Counted from the whole stretch's first letter, positions 46,131 through 58,085 are shown. The stretch: 63,565 bases of DNA, filler included, from 13 parts of 13 records of this genome joined end to end with filler, not necessarily neighbours in it; one strand, 5' to 3'. Translations and numbers: made by a program. Notes: generated by a model not told the origin, from the letters alone.

Positions 46131-49100
46131 TCAAATGCCCAAAACCCCTTCCTTGGGGTTTTGATCCTCCTTCATCGTGTCGAGGTGGATAGTGTCAGCC
46201 TCGAGCTCGGCGTCATTTGATTTAAGATCACCCAACGGGGGCACGTCGAAGCATGATGCTCGCGAAAGCTTCCTGTCGTCCACTGAAATCGGGAAGCTTG
46301 AGTCTATTGGATGGTCGATGGACTGCAGCTCACTAGCCTCACTCACTGACAGATCCCGTGAAAAGGATGGTGCGGCGTGCAACACAGGGGAGAGTAAGTC
46401 CATGCTGTGCCTCTCTGAAGTGAACCGCCGAAGTGTCATGCCTTCTCCTTGCGCAACTGGCTGCATGAACACGACTGTACATGGCTTGTCCATACAGCTT
46501 ACCTTGATTTTATCTTCAGTGCAATAGAACCTCACCTGTCCACCAATATCACAATGCAATTTTTCCTGGCCGCTCTACCTCGGTTCCATCCCAAAGCACG
46601 GCGTCCTCGGTGTACCGCTGAGTCTTGTGGCTTGATAATGCCGCCAGACAATAAGCTCTTGATCTACAGCAAGTTGCTCATGCAGGGCTCGGTGCAATAC
46701 AAGTAGCACCTTTCTTCGAGACAGCCGCAGATCCTGTAATTGCAATCACGGTCCCCTCCGCACTTGTGACTCCACTGGAGCTTATAGTTTACGCGTAGAC
46801 CCTCTACCTCGTCGACACGCATGTCTGCGACAAATTGATCAGAATGTGTATTATTGGGGATTCGGTCACGATAAAGTTGCGCAAAGTGCTTATTGCAGTA
46901 TACGACCACATTCCCTCTTGTCCTACAGTACACCTGCAAAAGCCATCTATCTAGCCGCCTTTTGCAAGAGGCCAATGTCACCGGCATCGGAACGTGCCGC
47001 ATCAACTCGGGTGAGGCTGAGTGTCGCAAAATTTCTAAGCCGAGCATCGCTCGATCGCCGGGGGTGACGCCAGCATGGACCGCTCGGCTTGAGATCTGCA
47101 GTGAAGGTGTCAGGCGTGACAAATGAGGCAAGTGACACACCCGAGGTTTGATTACCCACTCTGTGGCCAAGGCGGTGCCCCCTTTCGATGCAAGTCCCCC
47201 CGAGGTGTTGTAGCGGTCAAGGCGCTTCAAAAGCGTTCCGTACATCTTGATTACGTTCTCACCCTCTTGCGCTTCGCTGTCGTGGAAGAAAAGAACATAC
47301 ATCTCCAGGAATACCCCCGTCAGGAGATTAAGCATCACCATCGAAGCGATGTAGTTGAAACCCACAAAATAAAGTTCCGTCCATCGCGTTCCGCTGCAGA
47401 GTGTGAACCCATCAGTTGTGACCATCCAGTTGTTCTGTATCATAAGCATGAACAGGGTGCAAAAGGATGCGAATGCATTGTCAAAATTGAGATCGTAATA
47501 GAAGTCAGTCTGCCCGAATGATGTGCTGTTCCACGGAGGGTTTTTCCATGTTCCAGGTCCTACGGGTGGAACCTCAGTAACACAGCCTGCAAAGCAACCT
47601 TGGCCAATGCAACTGAAGCCAAAGTATACTGTTATAAACAAACCACAGAGTGGCAGCACAGATCGGATGCATCGGATCGCTGCGTAATATGCGCGGCGTA
47701 CGTTGTCGATCATTAACATGAGGATGACACACTTGATTGCCCGGACAATATCTAACATACTGCTCCAATCGCCATGCGCTGTCAGGTCAGGCACTGATGA
47801 GCAAATATTAGCCAGCGCAGCAGCCAACATAGCAACGAATAAGGCATCGATTGCATGCACAAAGTGCATTTTGTAGAGGAACTGAAATCGATACCCACCC
47901 TCCTCCTTTCGGGCAAAAGGTATGAGATACCAGAAGGGCTCCGCGTGCCTACTGCAGGCCAAGCCACAAAGCAGCATATCTATCCCAAAGACAATGAGGT
48001 TCACAGCCCATTCGTATGTCCTGCTGTGGACAGAGCCACATCGATCGCTATCGTGGGTATACGGCTCATTGTGGTAAATGATTGGAAATATCATGCTTGC
48101 AAAAGTAAGCACTGTCATCACACTAGAGTAGGAGATGCCCTTCATCAGACTGGCTGGTACCATCTGACTTATGAGGCCGGATTCGGCTTCGCCACTGACC
48201 GCATCCCTCTGGTTCTCACGAAAACAGCAGTTCCACAACGTCAGATCGCGTATGAAGTAGCGTAGCCTCGGAAAGCGTGGCTCAGGCTCGCACAAGCAGG
48301 GCTTCGCAGGCTCGAATGGTGCTCGAACAAGCACTGGGAGCTTAAGGAATTCCTCGAGGGAGACCTCACCGTCGCAGTTGACGTCCATGATGTTAAACCA
48401 CAAATCTTTCCACCTTTGACTAGGCGCCACTAGATCTACCATCTGGTCGAACGTTGCCTTGGTCAGCCCAACCTCGCGATCGTCCATTGCGTGCGTTCTC
48501 GCGACCCCATCGTTGCCATGTAGTACTCTAGTGTAAGCGCTCAGCAGCACTGCCTCCTTCTCGGCACACTCAGTACTCCAGCGCTGCTTCGCCATCTTGG
48601 CGTAGGTCATGCATATGTGCGCTAGAAAGATGTTGTTCAAGAAAAGATGTGTCACTGTCATGAATGAAAGTAACAATAGCATGTCTGCCGCCACCAGTCA
48701 GCACACTCCAAGGCAGGGCTTAGACTCACTGCTCCAGTGAGCGTTGTACATGACCATCCAAACATCGGGATGGTTAGCCGTGGTCAGGGCCACATACATG
48801 CTGAACAGCCCGTGCCAGCTGTCGCTGAAGTACATGGAGCGCTCTAGCTCTGCAGCTTCGCCGCCCTGCCATGTAATGCACGCCTGGGCAACAAAGTAAT
48901 GCAGAATGAAGGACATCAGGAGCAGCGTAAACACTCCAAGCACATTCTTGAAGGTGGACACTGTCTCGAAGAACGCCCTACGAATCCCATGGTCGCAGTA
49001 CACTAAAAAGAAGCAACGGGCAGTTCGCAGGAACACAAAAAGCCCACTCGTGACAGTGCCATATCTGTAGCCCGCGCTCGCCAGTTTCTAGAGGGAGAGG

Positions 49101-49965
49101 CTTACATTGTCTCCTTGCGGTAGACGAGCAGCTCGCAGTATCGGGTCACTCGCGAGGCAACAGACACCTGAAACGGTCTCGAGTCCGGCCACTGACCAAG
49201 CGGCCGACCAGCACCATCACGCAGCCAAGAAATATCCACCAGTGCTCGTATGGCAGGAACACGAACCCGCGCTCGGTCTTTTGGCTGGCGGCCAGTCAGA
49301 AGCAGCGGCCAGGGTGCTCACCCATAGATGTGTTTTATCGCATGGACCGGCCGGTACAGGCTGACTCCATACACATTGTTTGCGTGCCGCATGCCATTCC
49401 TAATGCACCACAGCCTGCCCGGCCCGCTGAGCCGCTCGCTCAGGCTGGCCGACGCACTGCAGCCCGAACAAGCAGGCGAAATAGCCCGTGATGGCCCAGA
49501 ACAGCACGTTCCCTGCCCAGTGCACCCTGAGCCGCCACCGGCCGGCCGGGCCGCACCGACGCTGATGACCTGGTCGGTGGCCCGCACGAAGATGCGCTCG
49601 TTCAGCGGCTCTTCGCAGAAGCTGAGCAGCACGTACATAAAAGCCATCAGCTTTGTCAGCCCGCAGCTGACCGAGTGGCCGAGCAGAACGCTCAGTCTCA
49701 ACTGGAGAGGGGTGCTGCCCCATATCGAGACGGTCTTGAGCGCCCCGGTGATCGGACTGGGCTCTGACTTCTCGTCGGTGTAGTAGTAGCTCGTCCTGTT
49801 CCGGCACGCGTCGCGCACAGCGATCTGGACGTCCAGCGGCACAGTTGGCGGCGCCTCGGGCTGGGTCGATCCTCTGGAGGGCTGGCCGCGCGGCGGCGGG
49901 AGCATGCAGGAGTCGCCCCAGTTGTTGCCAAGCGGGTTGACCTCCATGCTCACCTTGTCCGCCAT
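46131..49965 (-). CDS. Two-pore channel (TPC)-like cation channel with EF-hand linker and PAS-like C-terminus
   Basis: Pore I FSMYVALTTANHPDVWM; EF DVNCDGEVSLEE; pore II LNFDNAFASFCTLFMLMIQNNW; S6 VMLNLLTGVFLE. Confidence 0.85.
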
Positions 49966-50062
49966 GGCGCCGCACAGCCTCACCCACAGCCCCTCACAGC
50001 CTGGAAGGCAGCCCACGACCGTTGCACGGAAGCACCAGTGGTCACACAGGAGGACAGGCACC

Positions 50063-50881
50063 ATGTCCTCGATGCTTATGGACATGAGCGCCGCCCTGGC
50101 GGCGGGAGAGGGTGACCTGAAGCAGCCGGAGGCCACTGCCGCGGACAAGCTGTACGAAGAGTACAAAGAAGCCCGGCTCGAGCGGCGGCAGAAGGCCGAG
50201 CTGCGCCGGAACGCCAACCCTGAGGCCTACTACGACCTGCCGATCATCCCGGCCGACCAGTTTGCCGCGAGCCTAGACAAGCAGCACGAGACGCGCGAGC
50301 CGGCCCCGCTGCCCGACCTGCACCGGCCGATCAAGCCAGCCACGTATGAGGCGGCGCCGTACGCTGTCCCCGAGCATCCCGGCCTGAGGGTGCAGCAGAG
50401 CTCGGGCGCGAATCAGTGGACAGACAAGCACGTGCGCGAGGACCACGACTACTGGAAGATGGGCCAGTGGACCCGGCACATCCGGGACGTCCACCGGGCC
50501 TCCCCGTTCCAATATGAGGAGCAAGAGGCCGAGCTGCGCCGAGTAGCAGCCAAGACTCGCGAGCGTGAGAACGCCCGGGCGCCCTACCCGTACTCGTACC
50601 GGGGGGTGGAGCAGCCGTCGGCGCAGGAGCCGTTCCACTATCCGAACCACCATGGGCAGGTTCAGAGGACAGTGACGGCGCACCAAACAGCCTACGATCA
50701 GCGGTATGGCAACTCGCTGGCAACTCAGAGCGCCCGGTCCATGCCGGTCACTTTCATAAAGCATCGCAATCCGAGGGACCACCTGGGCCAGGCGGCCGGG
50801 GCTGGCTGCTTTAAAACGCATCGGAATGCCGTCGGGTATGAGCCGGCTGCCCAATCCGCTTACGGTGGTGTGTGGCAATAG
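50063..50881 (+). CDS. Hypothetical hydrophilic protein, intronless
   Basis: 272-codon ORF with GC3-rich codons and AATAAA downstream (about 50898); 97 bp head-to-head with the TPC gene. Confidence 0.65.
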   Translation: MSSMLMDMSAALAAGEGDLKQPEATAADKLYEEYKEARLERRQKAELRRNANPEAYYDLPIIPADQFAASLDKQHETREPAPLPDLHRPIKPATYEAAPYAVPEHPGLRVQQSSGANQWTDKHVREDHDYWKMGQWTRHIRDVHRASPFQYEEQEAELRRVAAKTRERENARAPYPYSYRGVEQPSAQEPFHYPNHHGQVQRTVTAHQTAYDQRYGNSLATQSARSMPVTFIKHRNPRDHLGQAAGAGCFKTHRNAVGYEPAAQSAYGGVWQ

Positions 50882-51056
50882 GAGTGAGCTTCATTCCAAT
50901 AAAACATACGTACATAGTTGTATTATTGATGTATTCGTTCAATAACTAGTTCAGATCCAATCCGCCCACGCGCCCAGTTCTCCCAACCCATCAAACAGCA
51001 AACAGGGCGTCAAGATAATAACGACATTGGTCCAGCTGCAGCTTTTCGAGAGCATC

Positions 51057-52668
51057 ATGGCTGCGCAGCTGGCGGAGATGACCGGAATGCCCGAGGCGGA
51101 GGCACAGGGGTTCCTGGAGATGGCCGGGGGGGACCTTGACACGGCCATGTCCCTCTACTTCTCGATGATGGACGACGGACCCCCCCCGGCCCCGGCAGCG
51201 GCCGGGCTGGATGCGCCGGACTGGTTCGGGCTGGTCTGGCCGTCGTGTGAGCCGCTCCCGGACTGCTGGGCCGGGCAAGGGCTCGAGTTCTCGCCCGGCT
51301 GTTTCGGGATCCCTCAGCACAAGAACGGGCCGTGTGGGGTGCTCGCGGCGGTGCAGGCGGTTGTGGCGGTACAGGCTGCTGAGCTCAGTCCGACCATGGC
51401 GGTGCCCGACAGTGCGCTCGTAGCTGCCCTGGCCAGCATCATCAGCCAGGCCCGGCCCAGCGCCGAGGCCGGCTGCACTGTGGCGCTCTGGCCAGAGGGC
51501 ACTCCAGTCGCTGACCCGGCAGTCCATCCTGTGGCCCAGTCGGAGCTCGCTGAGTTTCTAGAGCGGAACGTCGACCAGTTCAAGAAGCCGGGCGGCTGTG
51601 TGCTGCTGGTGTACGCCTGTCTGCTCACCCGTGGCCCGGAGCAGGTCACAAAGGATATGGCGTCCGAGATGGAATCGGGGCCTCTTATTCTCGCGCCAAC
51701 CTACGTGTGCTCGATGCCGCTGATGGGACTGCTGCTCAAAGGCGTCGCCCAAGGGTCCATATCAGCCTACACCGCGCTCGGCGGCGCGCCGCAGGACTGG
51801 CCGGCTGGGCTCGGGGTAGGGCTGCTTTCTTTCTCCGAAGTCGATTCCGGAATCCCTATTTGCGATGCTCTGAAGAGCCCGAGCAGCTTGGTGTGGATTC
51901 TACATGGGGGCGACCACTTCACTGTGGCATTCAGCCAAACGGACGTGACTGCCGCCCAATTCGAGCTGTGGCACTACAATGGTCTGCCGCCAGCCGGGCC
52001 GCGGATGACAAAGGTACCAGGCTGGCTGGTTGAGCCGTCTCACCGTGTGGGGCAGGTGACTGTGTCAGCGCCGCACGGGGTGGCCCCCAAGGCCCCGCCG
52101 GGACCGCGCGAGGACAGTTTCTTGGCGCCAGTGCCGGGCCAAGTGGAGGGCGTGGTGCAGTGCAGATCTAGTGATAAGGAAGCCCGGCCAGATGAGTGGA
52201 AGACCTGGAGGTGCGAGCACCCGGTTGCCTTCCCGAGCCTGGGCTAGCTACGAGGTGGTGCTGGCCGTGGCTGACCTGGACTTCTCTCTGTACGGCAAGG
52301 GCCGGGACCGGACTGAGGCCGACCCTGAACCCGAGCTGCACTCACTAGGTCCGGAGCTGGTGCAAGCGGCAGGCTGAGTGTCAACAGGTGAGGCGCCCAC
52401 CGGGGCATGGCGGTGCGCCACGTGCTACCGGGGGCGGTTCAAGACCATGTGCTTTGGTCAGAACGACCCCGGGACGGTGGTCTGTGGCCATTGTGGGAAG
52501 AGTCAAGCCGAGGCCGGCTGGTCGCTTTGGCTGCCCTACGAGCAGCTGCCACCTGGCAAGAAGGCCTCGGTGAGTGCACAACATGCGCCCAAGATCGTCA
52601 CGTTGCTCGGGACCAAGTGGCCGGGCGCTGACTTGGTATTTGACGCCGATGGGTGCCCAAGCGTGTGA
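51057..52668 (+). CDS. MINDY-3/4-family deubiquitinase with N-terminal UBA-like domain and C-terminal Zn finger
   Basis: UBA-like AQGFLEMAGGDLDTAMSLYF; catalytic QHKNGPCGVLAAVQA; VWILHGGDHFTV; WHYNGL; WRCATC..NDPGTVVCGHCG. Confidence 0.85.
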
Positions 52669-53191
52669 AAATCATTGTCGACTGGACCACCATGCATGCG
52701 GCCCTTGAGTTTGGATGCCACACTTCATTCTCAGAGAACCGATTCTGGATTCAGTTTAGAATTAGAGTCTCCGACATCGAGGCGTCGATTCGGTTTTATT
52801 GCAATTTTCAGCTATTGTACTGATTTAGTATTGATTCATGACGGCGCGGGATTACTCTGGGATTACTATATTTGTTAAAAAATGCTTGATCGAATTGGTT
52901 GAATGCACGGGGCTCTACTACATGTATACTATAGATCAAGTCAAGTTGATTGTGTTGCTTCCCAGATACGTCCGGACNNNNNNNNNNNNNNNNNNNNNNN
53001 NNNNNNNNNNNNNNNNNNNNNTTAATTAATTAANNNNNNNNNNNNNNNNNNNNNNNNNNNNNNNNNNNNNNNNNNNNAAGTCGGGGCCCTAGGGCTCACA
53101 TAACCTACTTAATAGTTCATGATCAGTACTTAATATATCGATTGCGTCCGGCATCATGAGTCGAACACTACTCGTATGCTCGTTTATTCAA

Positions 53192-55172
53192 CTAGTCAGA
53201 CTTGGTTGGACTCTGGAGCGGCAAGTAGGCCGGCTTGCGCAGCACGAGCAACCCATAGGCGACCACATGGAACGCTGCCGTGATTATCCCGAGATCGAGC
53301 ATGCACCGGCCAATTTGTACCGCGCCGAACCCTAGAAAGCCCTGCAGCCAGGCGTCCCCGTCCACGTACGGACACTGATCGCACAGCCTGCCGGTGTGCC
53401 GGAACTCATTGACGCACAAAGCTTGGAACGCGTAACGGACGAATGAAATGTACTTGAGCGGCGCGAGGTATTTTGGGACGGAAGCGTCGTTGAGCAGAAA
53501 GCCGGAGAACATGACAAACAGGATCACGAACGCCGGGGCGAGTTGCGGGACCATGCTCACGTCCTTGAACAGCGCGGACAGGACCATCCCGAGTGCTATC
53601 GCGGACAGATTCTCCAGGCTGAGCACTGCAGAGAAGATCAGGAAGTGCTCTAGCCCGGGCCGCAGGTTGGTCATGAAGTAAACCACAGCCCCGGCCAGCA
53701 GCGAGGGGATCAGCTCGAGCGGCACCTGCTCCAGCGGTCAGCCCCCCCCGGCGCAATCGCTGCCTGGGTGATGAACGTGGCCAAGTAGAACGGGAGCACC
53801 CGGTACAGGCCGCTCACCCGCTCCCGGCTCACGACTCGGATCTGGAGCGGGATGATTTGTGCCGTGCCTATCGCAGCCCCAAACCCCATGCTGTGCCAGC
53901 GAGCTCAGCGCCAGCCGGCCGGGGCGCGCACTTCATGGCTTGGAAGAAAAGGATCCCAGTCCGGTTCTGCAGGTTGGTTTCGTCGTTGCCCATCCGAAGA
54001 TACACCTGTCAGTTGGGATTGATCCCTGGAAGTTGGGGATTACCCACCAGCCCGAACAGAACAGAGAAAACAATCGTGAAGCCAGCCTTGAGCGCCAGCG
54101 TGGCCTTATCGCGCGTCCTCTCGCGCCACGAGCGTATAGTGAGAAGCCAGAACTGTGTCAGCGGGCCGCTCCCAGATGGCTCCGGCTCCGCCTCCAGCTG
54201 GCCGCACAGCATCTCAGGGGCGCCCACACTCTCGGCTCGCGAAGCGGCCAGAATCGCATCGAGCCGCTCCTGAGAGGCGACCCGGGCGGGCTCGGAGCGG
54301 TAGTCAACCGAGACCGAATCGAGGAACCAGTCGGCCGGATTGAAGCCTTGTGGGACAGGCAGCCCGAGCCTCTCGAAGAACTTGCAGCACGCCGGCCTCG
54401 GGCCGAAATAGGCCAGCCGACCCTGGGCGAGCAGCACCAATTGGTCCAACTGCTGGTAGATGGCCGAGCGAGGCTGGTGGATGGAGCAGACAACCATCCG
54501 GTCGCGGTCACACGCGCTCTGCTTCAGGTGGCTCATCAGGCTGAGCGCCTGGAAGCTATCGAGCCCAGAGGTCGGCTCGTCCAGGAACAGCACCGACGGA
54601 TCCGCCAACAACTCGATCGCGACCGCCACCCGCTTGCGCTCGCCTCCAGACACTCCGCGCACGGTCCGACCGTTGCTCGTCCCGCCCACGATCGTCGACT
54701 GGACTTCCACCAGCCCAAGCTCGGACAACGCCGTCTGAACCCGTTCCTGCAGGGCCGCCGCCGGCATGCTGCTCGGGAACCGCAGCCGCGCCGCGAAGCT
54801 GAGCGTCTCGAGCACGGTGGAGAAGGCAAAGAGCGCGTCTTCCTGCTCGACGTAGCCCATTCTGCGGCCGAGCTGGCCCGGGTCCAGCTCGCGCCCATTG
54901 AGCCGCAGCCGGCCGGTCAGGCTCGCCTTGCCGGTGGGAGGCACTCGGCCGGCCAGCACGTTGAGCAGCGAGGTCTTGCCGCTCCCGGATGGCCCGAGGA
55001 TGGCCGTCAGCTGTCCGGCGACCGCCCAGCCGTCCAGACCGCGCAGCACTGGAGTGTTGTGAGCAACTGTGTACTCCAGCCGCTCCCAGCTCAGCAGCAG
55101 CCGTCCACCCGACTCCAGGTCTCCCGCCGCAGGCAGCAAAGGCTCCTCACCCGGCATCTCGTCGGAGGGCAT
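53192..55172 (-). CDS. ABCG (White-family) half transporter, 3 introns
   Basis: GPSGSGKTSLLNVLAGR, VSGGERKRV, FLDEPTSGLDS, SIHQP, NPAD, RER..Y, MFSGFLLN. Confidence 0.95.
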
Positions 55173-55504
55173 TCCTCGGGTCGGCTCGCTTCCGTTCGTT
55201 TAGCAGGCACGACACGACACGACACGTCGACAGTACGTCGACAGGGTTAGAGTGTCAGCCCGTCGGTGTCAGACCTGAAGGCGGCGATCGCGGTCAACAA
55301 TCCGAAGGCCATCGGAGCCGCCATCACCGCAGAGGCAGCCGCCGGGCGGGATGGCCGGCGGGCGCAGAGTCTCAGGAGAACGCTGGCGTACAACCTGCCG
55401 AGGCGGCTAGGCTGATCATACGACTGCGCGACTGTACCAGTCCACGTGCTTGCCGAGCCAATACAAACGATGCTATCAATACAAACGATGATAACCGAAC
55501 GATC

Positions 55505-55528
55505 AACCCTAACCCTAACCCTAACCCC
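55505..55528. repeat. Interstitial telomere-like (CCCTAA)n, about 4 units
   Basis: aaccctaaccctaaccctaacccc between the ABCG and nitrilase genes. Confidence 0.7.
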
Positions 55529-55638
55529 CAACAGGGATTTGGCAAGAAGGTGCTAGGCGTGGTAACATCACCTTCCTTTTCAAGCCTAACGGACATACAG
55601 CCCTTGTGAGGGCCCCTGTCACTGGAGAGGAGCCCCGC

Positions 55639-56228
55639 ATGTCTGCAGAGGAGGCTGCCCATGCCACCGCAGCCGAGGAGGGGCAGATGATCTCTGTGGC
55701 TGAAGAGGAGGCAGCCCCTGCAGCTGGGGAGGAGCGCACAGGAGGCGGGTCGCGGGTCGGGATGACTCGCGTGGCAATCTCGAGCCTGGCCACCCTAGAG
55801 GCGACCTCGCCACCATTTAATATCCACGAGCCTGACCCACATGAGACGCTGGCTCGTGGCATCGAGATTCTGGTGGCAGCCGGCGAGTCGGGGGCTGATC
55901 TGGCCGTCCTGCCAGAGACGTTCGCCCTCGCCGGCTGCTCGCTCGCGACGATGATATCAATGGCCCCTCAGCTAGAAGACAAAGTGCTCAGCAGCGTGTC
56001 CGAGGTGGCCAAACAGTACTCAATGAATGTGGTCTTCGGATCGTTGACTAGGAGAGATCCTTCCAGCTCAGACCCAACGTTTAACAATTGTGCTTTGCTT
56101 GTAGACCGTGCTGGCACTGTTCGTGGGCAGTATGCGAAGCGATACCCCGTGCAGGCAGAGATTGCTGCTGGGATCGTGCCTGGGCCTCAGGAGCCAGTTG
56201 TGATCCAAACCGATGTTGGCAAGATCGG
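55639..56228 (+). CDS. Nitrilase / carbon-nitrogen hydrolase family protein, 3' truncated
   Basis: GADLAVLPETF (catalytic Glu), FNNCALLVDRAG..YAKRYP (catalytic Lys), VIQTDVGKI. Confidence 0.88.
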
Positions 56229-56566
56229 NNNNNNNNNNNNNNNNNNNNNNNNNNNNNNNNNNNNNNNNNNNNTTAATTAATTAANNNNNNNNNNNNNNNN
56301 NNNNNNNNNNNNNNNNNNNNNNNNNNNNCCGGCCGAGCGTGGGGTCGGGGGTCCGTGCACATGCTACCTTTGTAGAGATGAAGGCCTCTATGGATTGGTG
56401 CAGGCAACGTCAGCCCTTAATCATTATAGCTACGAACCGAACTCCACACGCCCGATCGCCATGCCGATCGCCCGAGTTCACAGTTGTTTGTAAAGCGAAA
56501 TCTTATACTTCGAGTTTAGTCGTAAAGTGCATGCCCTTTTAAGTTAGCATAATCTAGCCAGGTAGT

Positions 56567-57939
56567 TTAGCCATGGCCGTTGGCGCTCCCATCCGTGAGC
56601 GGCAATGTCACCGCCTCACGGCTGTTTGAGCGTGGCAGTGAGTTCTCCCGGAGCTGTTCGAGCTCAGCAGCCGGCTTGAACATAGTGGTCGGAGTCACTA
56701 GCCGGACATATGGCGGCGTCTTCTGTATATTGACTAGTAGGTGCTTGATGAGGCCTTCCAAGTTGGCTTTGCCTGGGAACCGACACTTGGGCTTGGAGTA
56801 GCAGTTGCACTCATAAAGCGGCGGCAGCACCTGCTCATGGTTGTAGTCCGGCGTGTTGTTGAACACCACTGCACTCCCGCCGCTCTTGTGTGCGATGGCG
56901 AGCAGCTTGGGCAGCCCCTCGATCACCTTCTGCTGTTTTAGTACTGTATTCCAGTACAGATTGCCATCAGTGATCATCGAATCTATTGTAGGCAGCCGAC
57001 CCGTGGTGTGCGCCCGATGCACCTGCCGCGTGAGCAGCGTGGACGGCTGCACGCAGAACGCCGCCACGTGAACCTGCGGCCAATCAGCCCACGGCTCGCC
57101 CGCAGGCCACCTCATACTCCAGCTCGACCGCGTCGTTAATTATATCCATATAATACTTCTTTGCAGCGGTGAGCCCGAGCAGCAAGTCCTTTCTAGTGAC
57201 CAGCGCCTCCCGGGCCAGCTGCTCTTTCATCCCCGCGCTAGAGGCGTAGCACCAGTCCCCGCAATCCTGGAAGCCTATCAGCATCTGGTCCGGCACCTCC
57301 CTCGTCTCGTGCTCATACACTCTATACAGCGAAGAGTGCCCTTCGCGCTCCAGTCGCGCCAGCAGCTCGCCCCGGTTCAGATTCAGCACCCGGTCTAGCT
57401 CCGTGTGCGATTGCCTGCCCCGCCTCGCCAGGCCCCCGGCCGATGCACACACCGGACTAAGTCTCCGTCGCACACCACAAGGTTCTGCTGCTCCACTCCG
57501 AACCGGTCGTAGCACTCGCCCATCCGCGTGCTCTTCCCGGCTCCGGCGCACCCAAGTTCCAGAATCATCTTGGGCCGCCGACCTGCACCGCGGTCACTGG
57601 GCCAGCGCGGTGCGCACCGCTGACGGGCTGGGCTGTGGTGATCTGGGCGGCGGTGCGCATCGCCTCGATCTCGACGGGAGTCAATGGCCGGGTGCAGAGC
57701 TTGATCCAGGGCGGTGGGAGCGTCTTGAGCCAGAGTCGAGAGGCATCCTCCTCCATGATGTCGTCTATCGTGTAGTCGGAAGGGTCGACGATCTTGCGGC
57801 CTGATGGGGTGCATGGGGCGCTTCCCCGGCTACGGGGGCTGGGCTGCTCCACTGGCTCGGCCTCGAGCACAAAGTCGGTCGGGCTCAGCCCAAACTGATC
57901 TTCGGGCTCCACCCGCGGAGACGGAGTGCCGTCGGACAT
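56567..57939 (-). CDS. Zeta-toxin-like P-loop kinase, 3 introns
   Basis: Spliced RPKMILELGCAGAGKST, VVCDGDLVRQSH, YEVHVAAFCV..LLTRQVHRAHTTGR. Confidence 0.65.
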
Positions 57940-58085
57940 GTCTGTCGATCTTCTTCCGTTATAATCCTGTCTGCGCGCTGCATATGCATGGGGCACTCTG
58001 AACGCCATGCACATGCGATGTATGAAACGCCATGCACTATTCGATTTAAAGTCTCGGTCAACTCTTCGTCATTACTAGGAACGCA

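Noticed and set aside
53859-55250. Long antisense ORFs (463 aa here; also 95-724, 1945-2607, 17045-17762, 58593-59351)
   Set aside because: Shadow ORFs opposite real GC3-rich genes, with no motifs of their own.
55247-55531. 94-aa minus-strand ORF starting MGVRVRVRV
   Set aside because: Its start is a translation of the telomere-like repeat; no recognisable domain.
1309-57620. Introns as introner-like mobile copies
   Set aside because: The introns share length and composition, but I saw no near-identical sequences or terminal inverted repeats; an all-vs-all BLASTN would be decisive.
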